From the human T2T-CHM13v2.0 reference genome, Homo sapiens: DNA of 64,000 nt. Shown here piece after piece: positions 1 through 11,393 of the stretch. The notes under the pieces are model-generated. The model saw only the letters and a list, made by a program, of their open reading frames with translations, made no database searches and was not told the DNA's origin. A program made the position numbers and the translations under genes. How positions within the stretch are numbered: position 1 is the stretch's first letter; the number at the start of each line of letters is the position of its first letter. The stretch lies in the NCBI RefSeq assembly GCF_009914755.1, contig NC_060942.1. One strand, 5' to 3'.

Positions 1-89
1 AAAATTAAATTTTAAAAAAAAGAGCCAGTTATGAGTGTGAAGTTTTAAAACTTCTAGATCGCTTTGCAAGGTTTTTTCCTGCTGAGATA

Positions 90-310
90 AAACATTAATG
101 CTGGGGATTGATTTCTCCCAGAAGCAGACTCGAAGATAAAGTTGAGCATTCAGGATGTTTGTTAGGGAGCACTTTCTGGGCCAATATCTGTAAAAGGAAT
201 ACCTCCCTCTCCCTGGGCAGAGGGAGAAGTTGAGTTGCAATGCAGGTCCAACAGCCTGAGCAGACTACAGGGAAAGCACTGGAGGGGAACAGCCCATCAG
301 AATCGTCCTG
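90..310. mobile_element. Old ERVL-type LTR fragment (LTR33/LTR16-like)
   Basis: cccagaagcagactc...gatgtttgttagggag resembles old ERVL LTRs; heavily diverged. Confidence 0.4.
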
Positions 311-1489
311 CCTCCATCCATTGAAAACTTAACAGTCTAGAAAAATAACAGAATACTTATGTCCATTATCTGTAATCTAAAATCATGAATTCTTAGATTT
401 CAAAGCAACCCTAGAAATTAAACCCAGGATACTTTTTATACAAGTAGAAATTGAAACTCAGAATTAATTTCCCAAGGAAATTAATTGCCCAAGGTCTCTG
501 AGCAGCCAGATAGTATGACTAGATCTCAAATCTGGAATTCTAGATTCTCGATCCAGGTTTCTTTGCACAGTACCACGCTATTTTTGATTAATAGTTTTGA
601 GTCTTGCTTGTATTACATATTACATAAAATTTACAATAAGGCACTGGGCTCTTTTGCTTTGACTACTTGTATCTGTCCTTTCTGGAATAAAATGCAGATT
701 TTAGACCTAGTTACATCTAGAAATTAGGAGTAGGAGCTTGGCAAATTATTTTTTCTAGGATGCAGGTAGACTTTACTAAATGATTAATTATAGCTTTTAT
801 CCTCTCCTTCAAAGGTTACGGTTAGATGCTTGTCACTTGCTTGTCCTGATGCCTTAGTCCAGCTCTCTCTGAATGGAGACTAGTTGGTGTTGCCTGAGTC
901 CTCTGAGGAGTGCTGTGATGACAGCATCCTACCCACAAGGTTCCAAGCCACAAGGCTCTGTGCCTGCTGTCAGCAGCCAGAGTTGTATCTGGAACAGGGT
1001 TCTCCACCAGAGTCTAGGCTTCCTGGGGGTGCTGCTCACCTTCCAAGTTATGGGGATTCTGTCCTGATGTCGAATAGTTAAATACTCAGCACAGAGCAAT
1101 AACCTATGTGTTTGTGATGGGTTTATTTTAATGAATCTAGATGAGTGAAATGCACATTTTTAGAAACTAGGTTAAGAGAGACCAACTCTCCCAACTAAAT
1201 TTTTTGTTGTGCCTAGTTGGGGGTTTTTTGTTTTTAGTAATAGTGACCATGGGCCTGATGAGGGAGGCCACTGGGATAAGCTTTGCGGGAACTCCCGGAA
1301 TGTTTGAGAGGTTCTCTTGTTCTGGTCTTTCCTGAGACTGAAGCCACTGGCAGCAATGTGCACGCTGAGCCGCAGCGCTCTGGCTGCTGGATTGTGTCCA
1401 TGACTGCTCAGGACGTTGCCAGGATGTTGTGTTTTCCAATAATAAGCATTACTCTATAAATGCAAATTACCATTGTATGTAAATGTCAT

Positions 1490-1710
1490 TGTACCATTTA
1501 TCAAGCATTTACTCTGGGATAGGCAGCACTTTATGTACATTATCTCAGTGTTTCCTCATAAAAACCCGGTGAGGTATTTTTGTCCCCATTTTATAGATGA
1601 GGAAACTGGGTCTCAAAGAGTTTAGGTTTTTGCTCAGAAGCATATAGTTGGTGTGTGACAAATCTGGAAATCACCCCAGGAATGTCTGACTGCAAAGCCC
1701 CTCCTCTCAA
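1490..1710. mobile_element. MIR SINE (further MIR relics at ~380-580, ~2330-2490, ~2700-2870)
   Basis: MIR core ccccattttatagatgaggaaactggg. Confidence 0.75.
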
Positions 1711-2925
1711 TAAACTACACAAAGTCTGCATTAAAAAAAGAAAAAAAAATTCCCACAGCCATGCTGACTCTCTTCTAGGTTCTAGTCTTATATTTGGAAG
1801 CATTAAAGATAGAATCCTGAACCTAAAGACAGTATCAGTAGTGACATCTGCAAAGATAGACTGTCATCTGCCAGGTCCTACTTTGACCACAACACGGAAG
1901 AATAATAAATGACTGGAAGCCTAAGTAGTTGTATACAATTATTAGATTTTGTTTTAAGTTCTAATAGGTGCAAAAAAGGCCTCATGAAAATGAAATGTTT
2001 CAGATAAAAGAACTACATTAAAATAGAGCCATGAGTAAAAGAATCAGATAACTATGTGTTAAACATTTTACATTTCCTTCGAGTTAATTTACATTTGTAG
2101 AGTAATGCTTAATGCACATTCCTGTATACAACTACTTTGAAGTCCTTAACATGACCAGAGCATATTATCACAATCATTGGTGTGGATCATTGTTAACTAT
2201 CTATCTGTTAATTCTTACCTGCCCTGCCCTTTCAAAATTATCCTAATAACATGTTGCTGCATCAAATCTAGAACTTAAATAAGTGGATAAAATATATAGC
2301 TATGTCTGTTAACCATTTATTAAGAATCTCTTTTGTAGGTGAGGCACTATGTACTTTATCTTCATTATCTATGTAGTTTCCCAAAATCTGCTCAAAATAT
2401 GTAATGTGATCCTAATTTTTAAAATGAGAAACCTCAAGTTACCCAGGCTGTGAACTCAACTCCACATTCCTGTGCTTTTCTTTCTGTACCACACCATCTC
2501 CTTTAACCACCAGGATAGCCTCTGGGTTTGCTATGGACATAGGCATAAGATTGATTTTACTAAATATCAGCTGTCCCAACATTCTTATGATTTTGAGTTA
2601 TCAGAAAGACCTGAGTTTCTAAAAACTTGAGCTTTGGAATCACAGAATTAACTTGAACAGCCTTATCATAGAGAAATGAAACAATTTTGAAATAGCTGTT
2701 TGAAAATAGGTTGAGGATCCTAAATTAGGAACCACTAATCTGGTCTTTTTTTGTTGTTTAGGAAACTGAAGCACAAAAAAGAGAAGCTTCTCATAGTGTT
2801 ACAGAGCTTATGCCAGAATTAGGACTTAGAATTTAGGTCATCTTGCAGCAAGTCAAGTGTACCCTACTGGACCCCAGTGCCTTTCTCCCTCCCTCATACC
2901 TCTTTATCGACCTACATATCTACCT

Positions 2926-2927
<2 letters not shown>

Positions 2928-2957
<30 letters not shown>
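2928..2957. repeat. (CT)n microsatellite
   Basis: About 15 perfect CT units. Confidence 0.95.
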
Positions 2958-2961
<4 letters not shown>

Positions 2962-3119
2962 CTCCATCCATCCACCTACCTACCTTTTCTCCGTTGTCTT
3001 TTAAATAATGTATATTACCAAAAAAAACACCTTTTCTGCAGAGGAACTTAATCACCAAAACTGATGCTTGAGGTGTTTTGTTTTCTTCCACTCTCATGTT
3101 AAGATTTTTTCTATTTCAG

Positions 3120-3266
3120 AAATTAACCCTGCAGCATGTGAACAGTAATCAGTGCCTGGATAAAGCCACAGAAGAGGATAGCCAGGTGCCCAGCATTAGA
3201 GACTGCAATGGAAGTCGGTCCCAGCAGTGGCTTCTTCGAAACGTCACCCTGCCAGAAATATTCTGA
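3120..3266 (+). CDS. GALNT1: GALNT1 terminal coding exon (C-terminal part of the ricin-type lectin domain)
   Basis: A pyrimidine tract and tttcag| acceptor end at 3119. The exon reads [48 protein letters not shown] (TGA 3264-3266), with ricin-B CLD and QxW motifs. This matches the GALNT1 C-terminus as I recall it. Upstream exons lie outside the window. Confidence 0.95.
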   Translation, partial: KLTLQHVNSNQCLDKATEEDSQVPSIRDCNGSRSQQWLLRNVTLPEIF

Positions 3267-3309
3267 GACCAAATTTACAAAAAAACGAAAAAAATAAGGA
3301 TTGACTGGG

Positions 3310-3501
3310 CTACCTCAGCATACATTTCTGCCACATTCTTAAGTAGCAAAAAAGGAAAAGTGCTTTCCTCCTCTGCAGGATGTAAGGTTTATCAGCCATT
3401 AAAACTTAGACTTCTCTAGCTTTTCACTAGCTGTGAACCAGCCTTCCTGTCCATGGACGTGAAACTGCATAGTAATGAGACTGTGCACACTGATGTTTAC
3501 A
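3310..3501 (+). promoter_or_regulatory. miRNA 8mer seed sites: let-7 (CTACCTCA 3310-3317), miR-129-5p (GCAAAAAA 3346-3353), miR-30 (TGTTTACA 3494-3501)
   Basis: Exact seed complements in the proximal 3'UTR. Confidence 0.65.
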
Positions 3502-5283
3502 AGATTGAAAGAGTCTTTCTCCGAAAATCATGGTAAAGAATACTGAGACAATGAAAAAAAATCAACAAAATATGCTTTCTGGAGAACTGTACCTTTTATG
3601 GTTTGCTTGCACATCAGTAGTTTCTGCTGAACGTGCTGTCATAATGAAGAGATTTCCAAGATTTTTTTTCCTGATTAGAACTGGTAGCCAGTATATTAAA
3701 TATTGATATAAAAATAAAAGAACTGGAACCAGATTCAGAATCATGAAAACAACATTTTTACAACAACAAAAAAACTATATTAAACAGGGTTTAAAGGAAA
3801 TTAAAACAGAACTATGAGAAGTACAATTTGTTATAGTATAGTATCAAATTTCTATATAGATTTTATACCTCAGTGGGGAAAAATAACTGATTCCAATGAC
3901 ATTCATTTTGTTTTCATCTGTGATAGTCATGGATGCTTTTATTTTCCTTGGGGTGCTGAAATTGAGCTGAAAAAAAAAGGCTCTTTGAATATAGTTTTAA
4001 TTTCTCTCTACAGTTTTTTTTGTTTGGTTTGTGGGCTGTTGGAATTGTAATTTTTAATTGCCTTCTAAAAAATGGAAATTTAACAATGTCTGATCTCAGC
4101 TGAACAAATTAGATGTTTCAGTTGCTCTTGGGTCAACTGGCTTACAGATTTACATGTGCACACACACACAAATTTCTTATCACATTTTCGACTTCTTCAC
4201 TTGACCTAACTGATTATGCGAAATACCCAAGATTCATGCTACTGTACCACAGATTTGTTTTCACAGCAATAAATCTTCAGTTCTTTGTTTATGATTCCAC
4301 TTAACAAAAGGCCTGCAGAAGTGATTTATTATTTGGGTATTTGGAGATAATACATTTGATGGTTTTTTGGAAAACCTTTTTCACTCCATACTCAGATATG
4401 CTTCATTGTCAAATGCATATTTAGATTAGATTATTGAATTGTAATGTTTATCTGCTGCTTTTTTTAAATAAAATTTGACTGAAAATGTTTAATTGGCATT
4501 TTTTAATGACTTAGCCAAAGAAGTGCAGCTATTATTCCATATTAATAGGCTTGCATTTCTTTTCCTAAATCTTATTTAGGCTAAATCAGTTTTATTTTTC
4601 TCTGATTTTTTTTAATACCACAGAATCACCTGAGTGTCAATTGAAAGTTGTCAATTAAAAGGTAACCTTTTAATCTCGTAGGAGGAATCTCATTAAGACA
4701 TTTTTCCTGATATGTAGAGCAGTCTGTTGGCAAAAATGCATATATTTTCTTTCATATTTGTAAAATTATATTTAATGGAATTCTTTTCTTTGATTATCAA
4801 GGACTTTCACTGCAGGCAGTGCTATTTCTTGTGCCTAAGAATGTTTCCAAAAGTCGCATCGCTAATGATATTTGCCAAGTTGAGTGTACACAAAGTTTCT
4901 CATATCCTGTTCAAGTTAATCAACATCAAGCACATGGGGATGCTTTAGGGTGAGTCTATAGTACAAAATGCATAAACCATGTCCCCAGGAAATTTGAAAG
5001 GAAGCAGGTGCTGAATGGAATTTTTTTCCTTTTCCATGAGCTGTGTTAATTCTATCTCCAGTAGGCCTAATGCTTGAATAAGCAAGATGTCTAATCAATA
5101 AATTATTTTCATGCTCAGAATTTCAGGTTTTTGTACTCCAGCATAGCTTGGTCTTATTTCTTACTGTATGAAAGCTTAACAGCAATGTGATTTAAGGTTT
5201 TGTTTTAAATGGGAGATGTAAGTGATTTAATTCATGGGTACTTTTAGAACCTGATAGATAATCCCATTGCCTTTATTTTTCTA

Positions 5284-5289
5284 ATTAAA
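5284..5289 (+). terminator. Candidate distal poly(A) signal ATTAAA; AATAAA alternatives at 3713, 4268, 4467 and 5097
   Basis: Hexamers seen in sequence. GT/T-rich sequence follows at ~5330-5360. Confidence 0.5.
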
Positions 5290-5461
5290 GAATTCCTAAA
5301 TACTTTGAAAATACAAAATATTCCTGAATAGTTGTGCCTTACATTGGTTTTATTTGAAGTTAGAGTGGATCCCTGTTTATCATAATTACTTATAATTAGG
5401 CAGATGCTTATCACTCTATTATAACTCAAATTGGGAAGAAAAGAATGAAAAAGAAAACAAT

Positions 5462-5625
5462 GGCTGGGTACTGGCTCATACCTGTAATTTTAGCATTTTG
5501 GGAAGGTGAGACGATAGGACCACTTGAGGGCAGGAGTTTGAGGTTGCAGTGAGCTATGATGGTGCCACTGCACTCCAGCCTGGGCAACAGAGAAGAAACC
5601 ATGTATCTTAAAAAAAAAGAAAAAA
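5462..5625 (+). mobile_element. Free Alu monomer (FRAM/FAM-like)
   Basis: Single Alu arm with an A-tail and A-rich flanks. Confidence 0.75.
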
Positions 5626-6039
5626 TGAAGGATGAAAAAGTGGGATTATTATTTAACCAGTGAAGAATTCATAAATGTGACAATTAAGGATAATTTGAAT
5701 CTCACAAATCTATTCACCCCACCCCAGTCAAGGTCTATTTTAATATATCTATCTTCATTGGCATTCTTGAGAAATAGTGCTGCCATTGAACATTGGGAAT
5801 ATTCATCCATTCTGCAGATGGAGGACATCGTGCAGGCCATGTCCTCATTGCTCCCATTCTACATTTAGCTGAGAAACAGAGGTTCCTCTTCGTAAGGATT
5901 TGATGCTCTTCTCATCTTCCAAGAAGTATACCAAGAGCAAATTTAACTCTATAGTTACCTGTTCTTCAAAGAAAAAAGAAACTTAGAAGGTAGTGTTTCT
6001 GAGGTCATAACTGTGAGGGGTTGTATACAAAGAATGAGT

Positions 6040-8110
6040 CACTTTTTAAGCCATTTGGAAAATTAGATCTGTTTCTAATTAGATGACATTTTCTCCATTC
6101 TCTGATTTCCTGAAGATTGCCAACATTTGCTTGATAATCTACCAGGACTGATAATTTTGCAGAATATGAGGCAAATATATGAAATTCAGTTGTGTATCTA
6201 TATCCTAGCAACAAACACTTGAAAATATAACGTTAAAATATGCCATTTGTAATAGCATCAAATAAGTCAAACTTCTAAGTAGGAAGAAAGTTAACAACAA
6301 GACCTCTACTCTGAAAACTACAAAACAGTGCTGGGAAGAATTATAGAGCACCAAAATAAATGGCTATTCTATGCTCATGGATTGAAAGACTGCATAATGG
6401 TAAGATGTCAGTTCCCCACAAATTGTTATCTAGATTCAATGAGATCAAAATCCCACAAGGCCATCTTGTAGAAATTGGCAAATACATATATGAAAATGCA
6501 ACAGATTCTAAGTAGCCAAGATAATTTTGAAGAAGAAAAATAAAATTGGAGCACTTGTACTACCCAATGTCAAGACTTGCTCTAAAGCTACAACAGTTAA
6601 GAGAGTATGGTACTAGAGTTAGGATAAACAACAAATAGAAATAGACATGTCCAGAAATAGACCCACATGTATATGGTTATTGGCTTTTCAACAAAAACAA
6701 GCTATTCAATAGAAAAAGGGAAGATTTTTCAGTTGGAGTTGAAGTAACTGGATGTCTGGGAAAAAGCAATGTTAATAATGCCTTCTTCATACCATGCACA
6801 GTTTATTCAAAATGGATTATAGAACTAAATGTGAATGGCAAAACAATAAATCTTGTAAAAGGAAACCGACTATCTTCATGACATTGGGGTAGACAAGGAT
6901 ATCTTAGGCGAAGACATCTCAGGAAGGTTAAACAAAAAAACTGACAGATTTCATCAAAATTAGATACTTCTCATCAAAAAGATACTTTTAAAGTGAAAAG
7001 GCAAGCCACGGCCTAAGAGAAAATAATCACAATACACGGAACCAAAGGAAAGCAAAGAACATTTTAAAACCATTGTAACAGCAACCCAGTTTAACAATGA
7101 GTGAGTTGAATACATACTTCACAGAAGCTCTCCAGATGCAGGAGTAGCATAGGAAATGGCACTCAAACATCAGCCATCAGGGAATGTAGAATGAAACCAC
7201 AAGGAAATACCACTGCATACCCGCCAAATGGTGAGAATGTGGAACTGATAGAAATCCAAGATGGTTTAATCACCTCAGGAAACAGTTTGCCGGTTGCTTA
7301 TAAAGATAAACATAATGCCTACCCTGTGACTTAGTGATTCCACTTCTAAAGATCTACCCAAGATAAATGAGGGTATGTTTTTACAATAAGACTTGTACAA
7401 GAATAGCAATTTTATTTATAATATTCCCAATCTGAAAACTACCCAAATATCCACCAACAAGCTAATAGATAATCAAGTAATGGTATGTTTATACATTGGA
7501 TACTAGTCTGCAATTGAAAGAATGGGCTGGGCTTAATAGCTAACACCTGTGATCCTAACAATTTGGGAGGCCAAGGCAGGATCACTTGAGCCCAGGAGTT
7601 CAAGACTATCCTGGGCAAGATGGCAAGACACCATCTCGACAGAAAAATTTAAAAATCAGCTGGGCATGGTGGTAGGCGCCTGTAGTCCCACCTACTCAGC
7701 AGGCTGAAGTGGGAGGATCCCTTGAGCCCAAGAGTTCAAGGCTGCAGTGAGTTGTGATCATGCCACTGCTCTCCAGCCTAAGTGACAGATTGAGACCTTG
7801 TCTCTAAAAATAATAATGATATACTGGCAAAACAATGTAGATAAATCTTAAAAACGAACAAAAAAAGCTAGACATATTCCATTTATAAAGCTCAAAAACA
7901 AATATGGAATGGTTATCTTTGGGGGTAAGTATAGACTGAAGAAGAGCATAGGAGAACTTTCTGGAATGATGGAATGTTCTATATCTCAATTGCAGTAGTG
8001 GTAACATACACATATATATGTATGTGTGTATATATTTTAAAATATAGTGAGCTGTATACTTGGGATATATGCATTTTACTGTATGTAAATTATGCCTCAG
8101 TAAAGTGCTG
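6040..8110 (+). mobile_element. Old L1M (ORF2 3' part and 3'UTR), interrupted by an Alu
   Basis: Degenerate ORF2 motifs (ctatgctcatggattgaaagac, ccagaaatagacccac) and an L1M-type 3' end. Confidence 0.8.
7525..7818 (+). mobile_element. AluJ
   Basis: Diverged dimeric Alu with the J-type cttgagcccaggagttcaag. Confidence 0.85.
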
Positions 8111-8424
8111 GGGAAAGTGATGAAGGTATTCACCCTGCTGGCATCAAGGTTTTCTGAAAAGTCCTGCACTGCTACAAAACACCCAAAGGCTGAATAAGTT
8201 ACCGCAAATGTACTTCAAAGTGGAATGCTGAACTCAGCAGAAAATATGGAAAATTCCTAAATGCCAGATTTGAAAAATGATAAACATGAACTTGGGTGAT
8301 AATTGTAACTCTTATATATGAAAGCCCTTCCTCTTCTAAGAACAAAGTATAATGCCTAGAGTTTGGGGAACGGGAGCTTAGGCCTTGGGCCTGAACAAAG
8401 TTGGGGAATTAAACCAAAGATAAC

Positions 8425-8740
8425 AGCTGGGTATGGTGGCTCACGCTTGTAATTCCAGCAGTTTGGGAGGCCGAGGTGTGTAGATCACCCGAGGTCAGGA
8501 GTTCGAACTTCACATGGCCAACATGGTGAAACCCCATTTCTACTAAAAATGCAAAAATTAGCTGGGCGTGGTGGCGCACGCCCATAATCCCAGCTACTCA
8601 GGAGGCTGAGACAGGAGAATCGCTTGAACCCGGGAGGCAGAGGTTGTAGGCAGAGGTTGCAGTGAGTCGAGACCACACCACTACACTCCAGCCTGGGCGA
8701 AAGAGTGAGACTCTGTCTCAACAAAAACAACCAGCCAAAA
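8425..8740 (+). mobile_element. AluS with a short internal duplication (ggcagaggttg x2)
   Basis: Dimeric Alu. Confidence 0.9.
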
Positions 8741-9023
8741 ATCCCTGCATCTTCAGTTGGAATATTAACAGGTGTTAACACCTACAAGTGAAGGGTGGAT
8801 AGGGAAGTCAGCCTCTTGAAAAGGAAACCAAAGGGTAATCTGACTGACTTTGCCCCTTTTCCAGGTAGTAAATGAGATGATGGTGCTGCCTCTGTAATCA
8901 TAGGCCTCCTTTCACAGAGATCAGGGATTTAATGCCACATTCATGAAGTCTGCAGATCAAGAAAATAAAGTGAATCTTAGATTTATACCACTTCCTGAAA
9001 ACCATCAGAATAAAACAAGTCTT

Positions 9024-9312
9024 GGCAGGGCACATGGCTCACACCTTTAATCCCAGCACTTCGGGAGGCCAAGGTGAGTGGATCACTTGTGGCCAGGGTT
9101 TGAGACCAGCCTGGCTAACATGGCGAAATCCCATCTCTACTAAAATACAAAAATTATCCAGTGTGGTGGCGCCCACCTGTAGTCCTATCTACTTGGGGGG
9201 CTGAGGCATGAGAATTACTTGAATCTGGGAGGCGGAGGTTGCAGTGAGCCGAGGTCGCGACACTGCACTCCAGCCTGGACAAAAGAGCGAGACTCTCTAA
9301 AAAAAAAAAAAG
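9024..9312 (+). mobile_element. AluS
   Basis: Dimeric Alu with A-tail and a TSD-like agaataaa..gtc on both sides. Confidence 0.9.
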
Positions 9313-9439
9313 AATAAAGTCCTTTGGGGGGAAAAAAAAAAAAACCTGTCAATCCCCACCCCCATACTCCCACTAACTAAATTCAGATACGAAATTACTA
9401 TCAAAAAGAGTAAGTAAGCCATCATGTGTGAATATTAAA

Positions 9440-10480
9440 AAAATTAATTCTAGCTTCTGGCAGTGCGAGACTAGCTTGTATCAGACTAAAGCTTAGTAAC
9501 TTAATAATTTGGAACAAAATATTATTTAAAGAGTGATGCCCCAGGTGAGTGAACAGAAACTGTAGGGCATTTGACCCCTGTTAAAAAGGTGTGTTCACTG
9601 GATAGGATCTCAGCTTTTCCCCAGAGAGCATCCACCATGCACTCAGCACACTGAAGGTAGAGTTCATGCAGATGGTGACGAATAATATTAGGCTGAGGAG
9701 TCAGATCTTATTTGAGAGCAAACAGAGGCTGGAAATTGAGGAAGGAAATCCTAGACTGCAAGGAGTCAGAAAAAGAAGTCCCCAAATCTACATACAAACT
9801 TCCCTCAGATGGTTGGCTGATTAAATAGTGTGCACAGGATGAAACTCCAGGAAGGTCAGAGAAAAACAACCACCGGAAGGCAGAAAGATCTAAGCAGCAG
9901 TCTCAGCAGTTGCCCAGCACCACAAACACAGAGGTCGAAGTTCAAATTTGGAGGGGCTTGGTAAACACTGTTAACTTTATGGTGAGATCCAAGAAGGGCA
10001 TGTGTAGAAATTAAGACCATTTCTAAGACCTTAGGGCTGTTTCTAGAGCCAACTACAAAATGGAAATTGACCACATCTAATAAAGTGGCTATTTTATTGA
10101 TTATTTTTGAAAATAGTCAATAAAAAGCAGACCCACTAGTGACCTAGATGTTGGAATTGGCAGACAAATTCTTCAAAATAAGTATCAGTGTTTTAAAAAT
10201 GTATACAGAGAAATGTGGATATAATAAGTATAATAATGGGAAGTTTCAGAAGAGGTCTGAAAACGGGGAAAAAAATCCTAAAACCAAAAAAGTATCTAAA
10301 ATCAAAAACTCATTGGGATTTACAGCAAATTGGACACACACAAGAAAGGATCAGTGAACTTGAGCACAGGTCAATAAAAAATGTCCAAACTGAACCACAG
10401 AGAAAAAAGATAAAGGGATTAAAAAAAAAAAAAACAGCCTTGATGATCAAATACATGCATTGACCTGGAAGGAGAGAAGA
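9440..10480 (+). mobile_element. Old L1M 5'/ORF1 remnant
   Basis: ORF1-like degenerate sequence (gaaaggatcagtgaacttgag). Confidence 0.55.
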
Positions 10481-10484
10481 TAGA

Positions 10485-11219
10485 GAGTGGAGGCTCTGAA
10501 GGAGACTCTTATTTTCTCCATTCTGTGGTTGCTGGTAATTCTTGGCTTGTCAGATGCCTCACTCCAATCTCTGCCATTGTCTTCACTTGGCATTACTCTC
10601 TGCATGTTTTTGTGTCTTTCTTCTCTGCCTCCTCTTATAAGGACACTAGTTACATTGAATTTATAGCCCACTTTAATCCATTATGACCTTATCTTAACTG
10701 GATCTGCATAGACTCCGCAGTGAGTCGAATTGTGTCCACAGGTAAGAAAGACATGTTTAGTCCTACCCACTAATACGTCAGAATGTGACATTATTTGGAA
10801 GTCGGGTCTTTACAGAGGTAAGCAAATTAAGATGAGATCATTACGGTGAACCCTAGCCCAGTATGACTGATGGCCTTATTAAAAGGGGAAATGACACAGA
10901 CACATAGAGAAGGAAGATGATGTGCAGATACAGAGAAACACCATCCACAAACCAAAGGGTGTCTGAATCTACCACAACCTAGGAGAGGCATGAAGCAGAT
11001 AACCCCTCACAATCCTCAGAAAGAACCAACCCTGCCAACACCTTGATTTTAGGCATCTAACCTCCAAAACAGTCAAAAATTATTGTGGTTTAAACCACTC
11101 AATTTATAGTACTTTGTTACAACAGCCCCAGGAAATTAATATATATCATATTTCTAAATTGAGTCTCATGCTGATATTCTGAATAGATGAAATTCGGATA
11201 CACTATTCAACCTAATACA
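10485..11219 (-). mobile_element. MLT1 (MaLR) LTR on - strand, split by a + strand MLT1
   Basis: Antisense MLT1 motifs at 10490-10715 resume at 11143-11219. Confidence 0.6.
10718..11142 (+). mobile_element. MLT1B/C-like LTR
   Basis: Starts gaattgtgtcc and ends ttgttacaacagccccaggaaattaat. Confidence 0.75.
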
Positions 11220-11393
11220 TCTACTAAACGTTTAAAGAAGAATTAACAACAATCATTCACAAACTCTTACAAAAAGAAGAGGGAACATTTCTCAATTTAT
11301 TCTATGAAGCCAGCATTAGCCTGATACCAAAGCCAGACAGACATAACAAGGGAAAACAAAACAAGCTGAAGACCAATATTTCTGATGAATATA

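Larger units (their letters stand above)
1..3119 (+). other. GALNT1: 3' part of the last GALNT1 intron
   Basis: No exon-like GALNT1 ORF. It contains MIR/LTR relics and ends at the AG acceptor. Confidence 0.85.
3267..5330 (+). other. GALNT1: GALNT1 3'UTR (end approximate)
   Basis: Repeat-free AT-rich sequence after the stop codon, with miRNA seed matches and several poly(A) hexamers. Interspersed repeats resume at ~5460. Confidence 0.75.

Noticed and set aside
3078-3119. N-terminal part of ORF 3078-3266 ([14 protein letters not shown])
   Set aside because: It is the intronic polypyrimidine tract read in frame; the exon starts at 3120.
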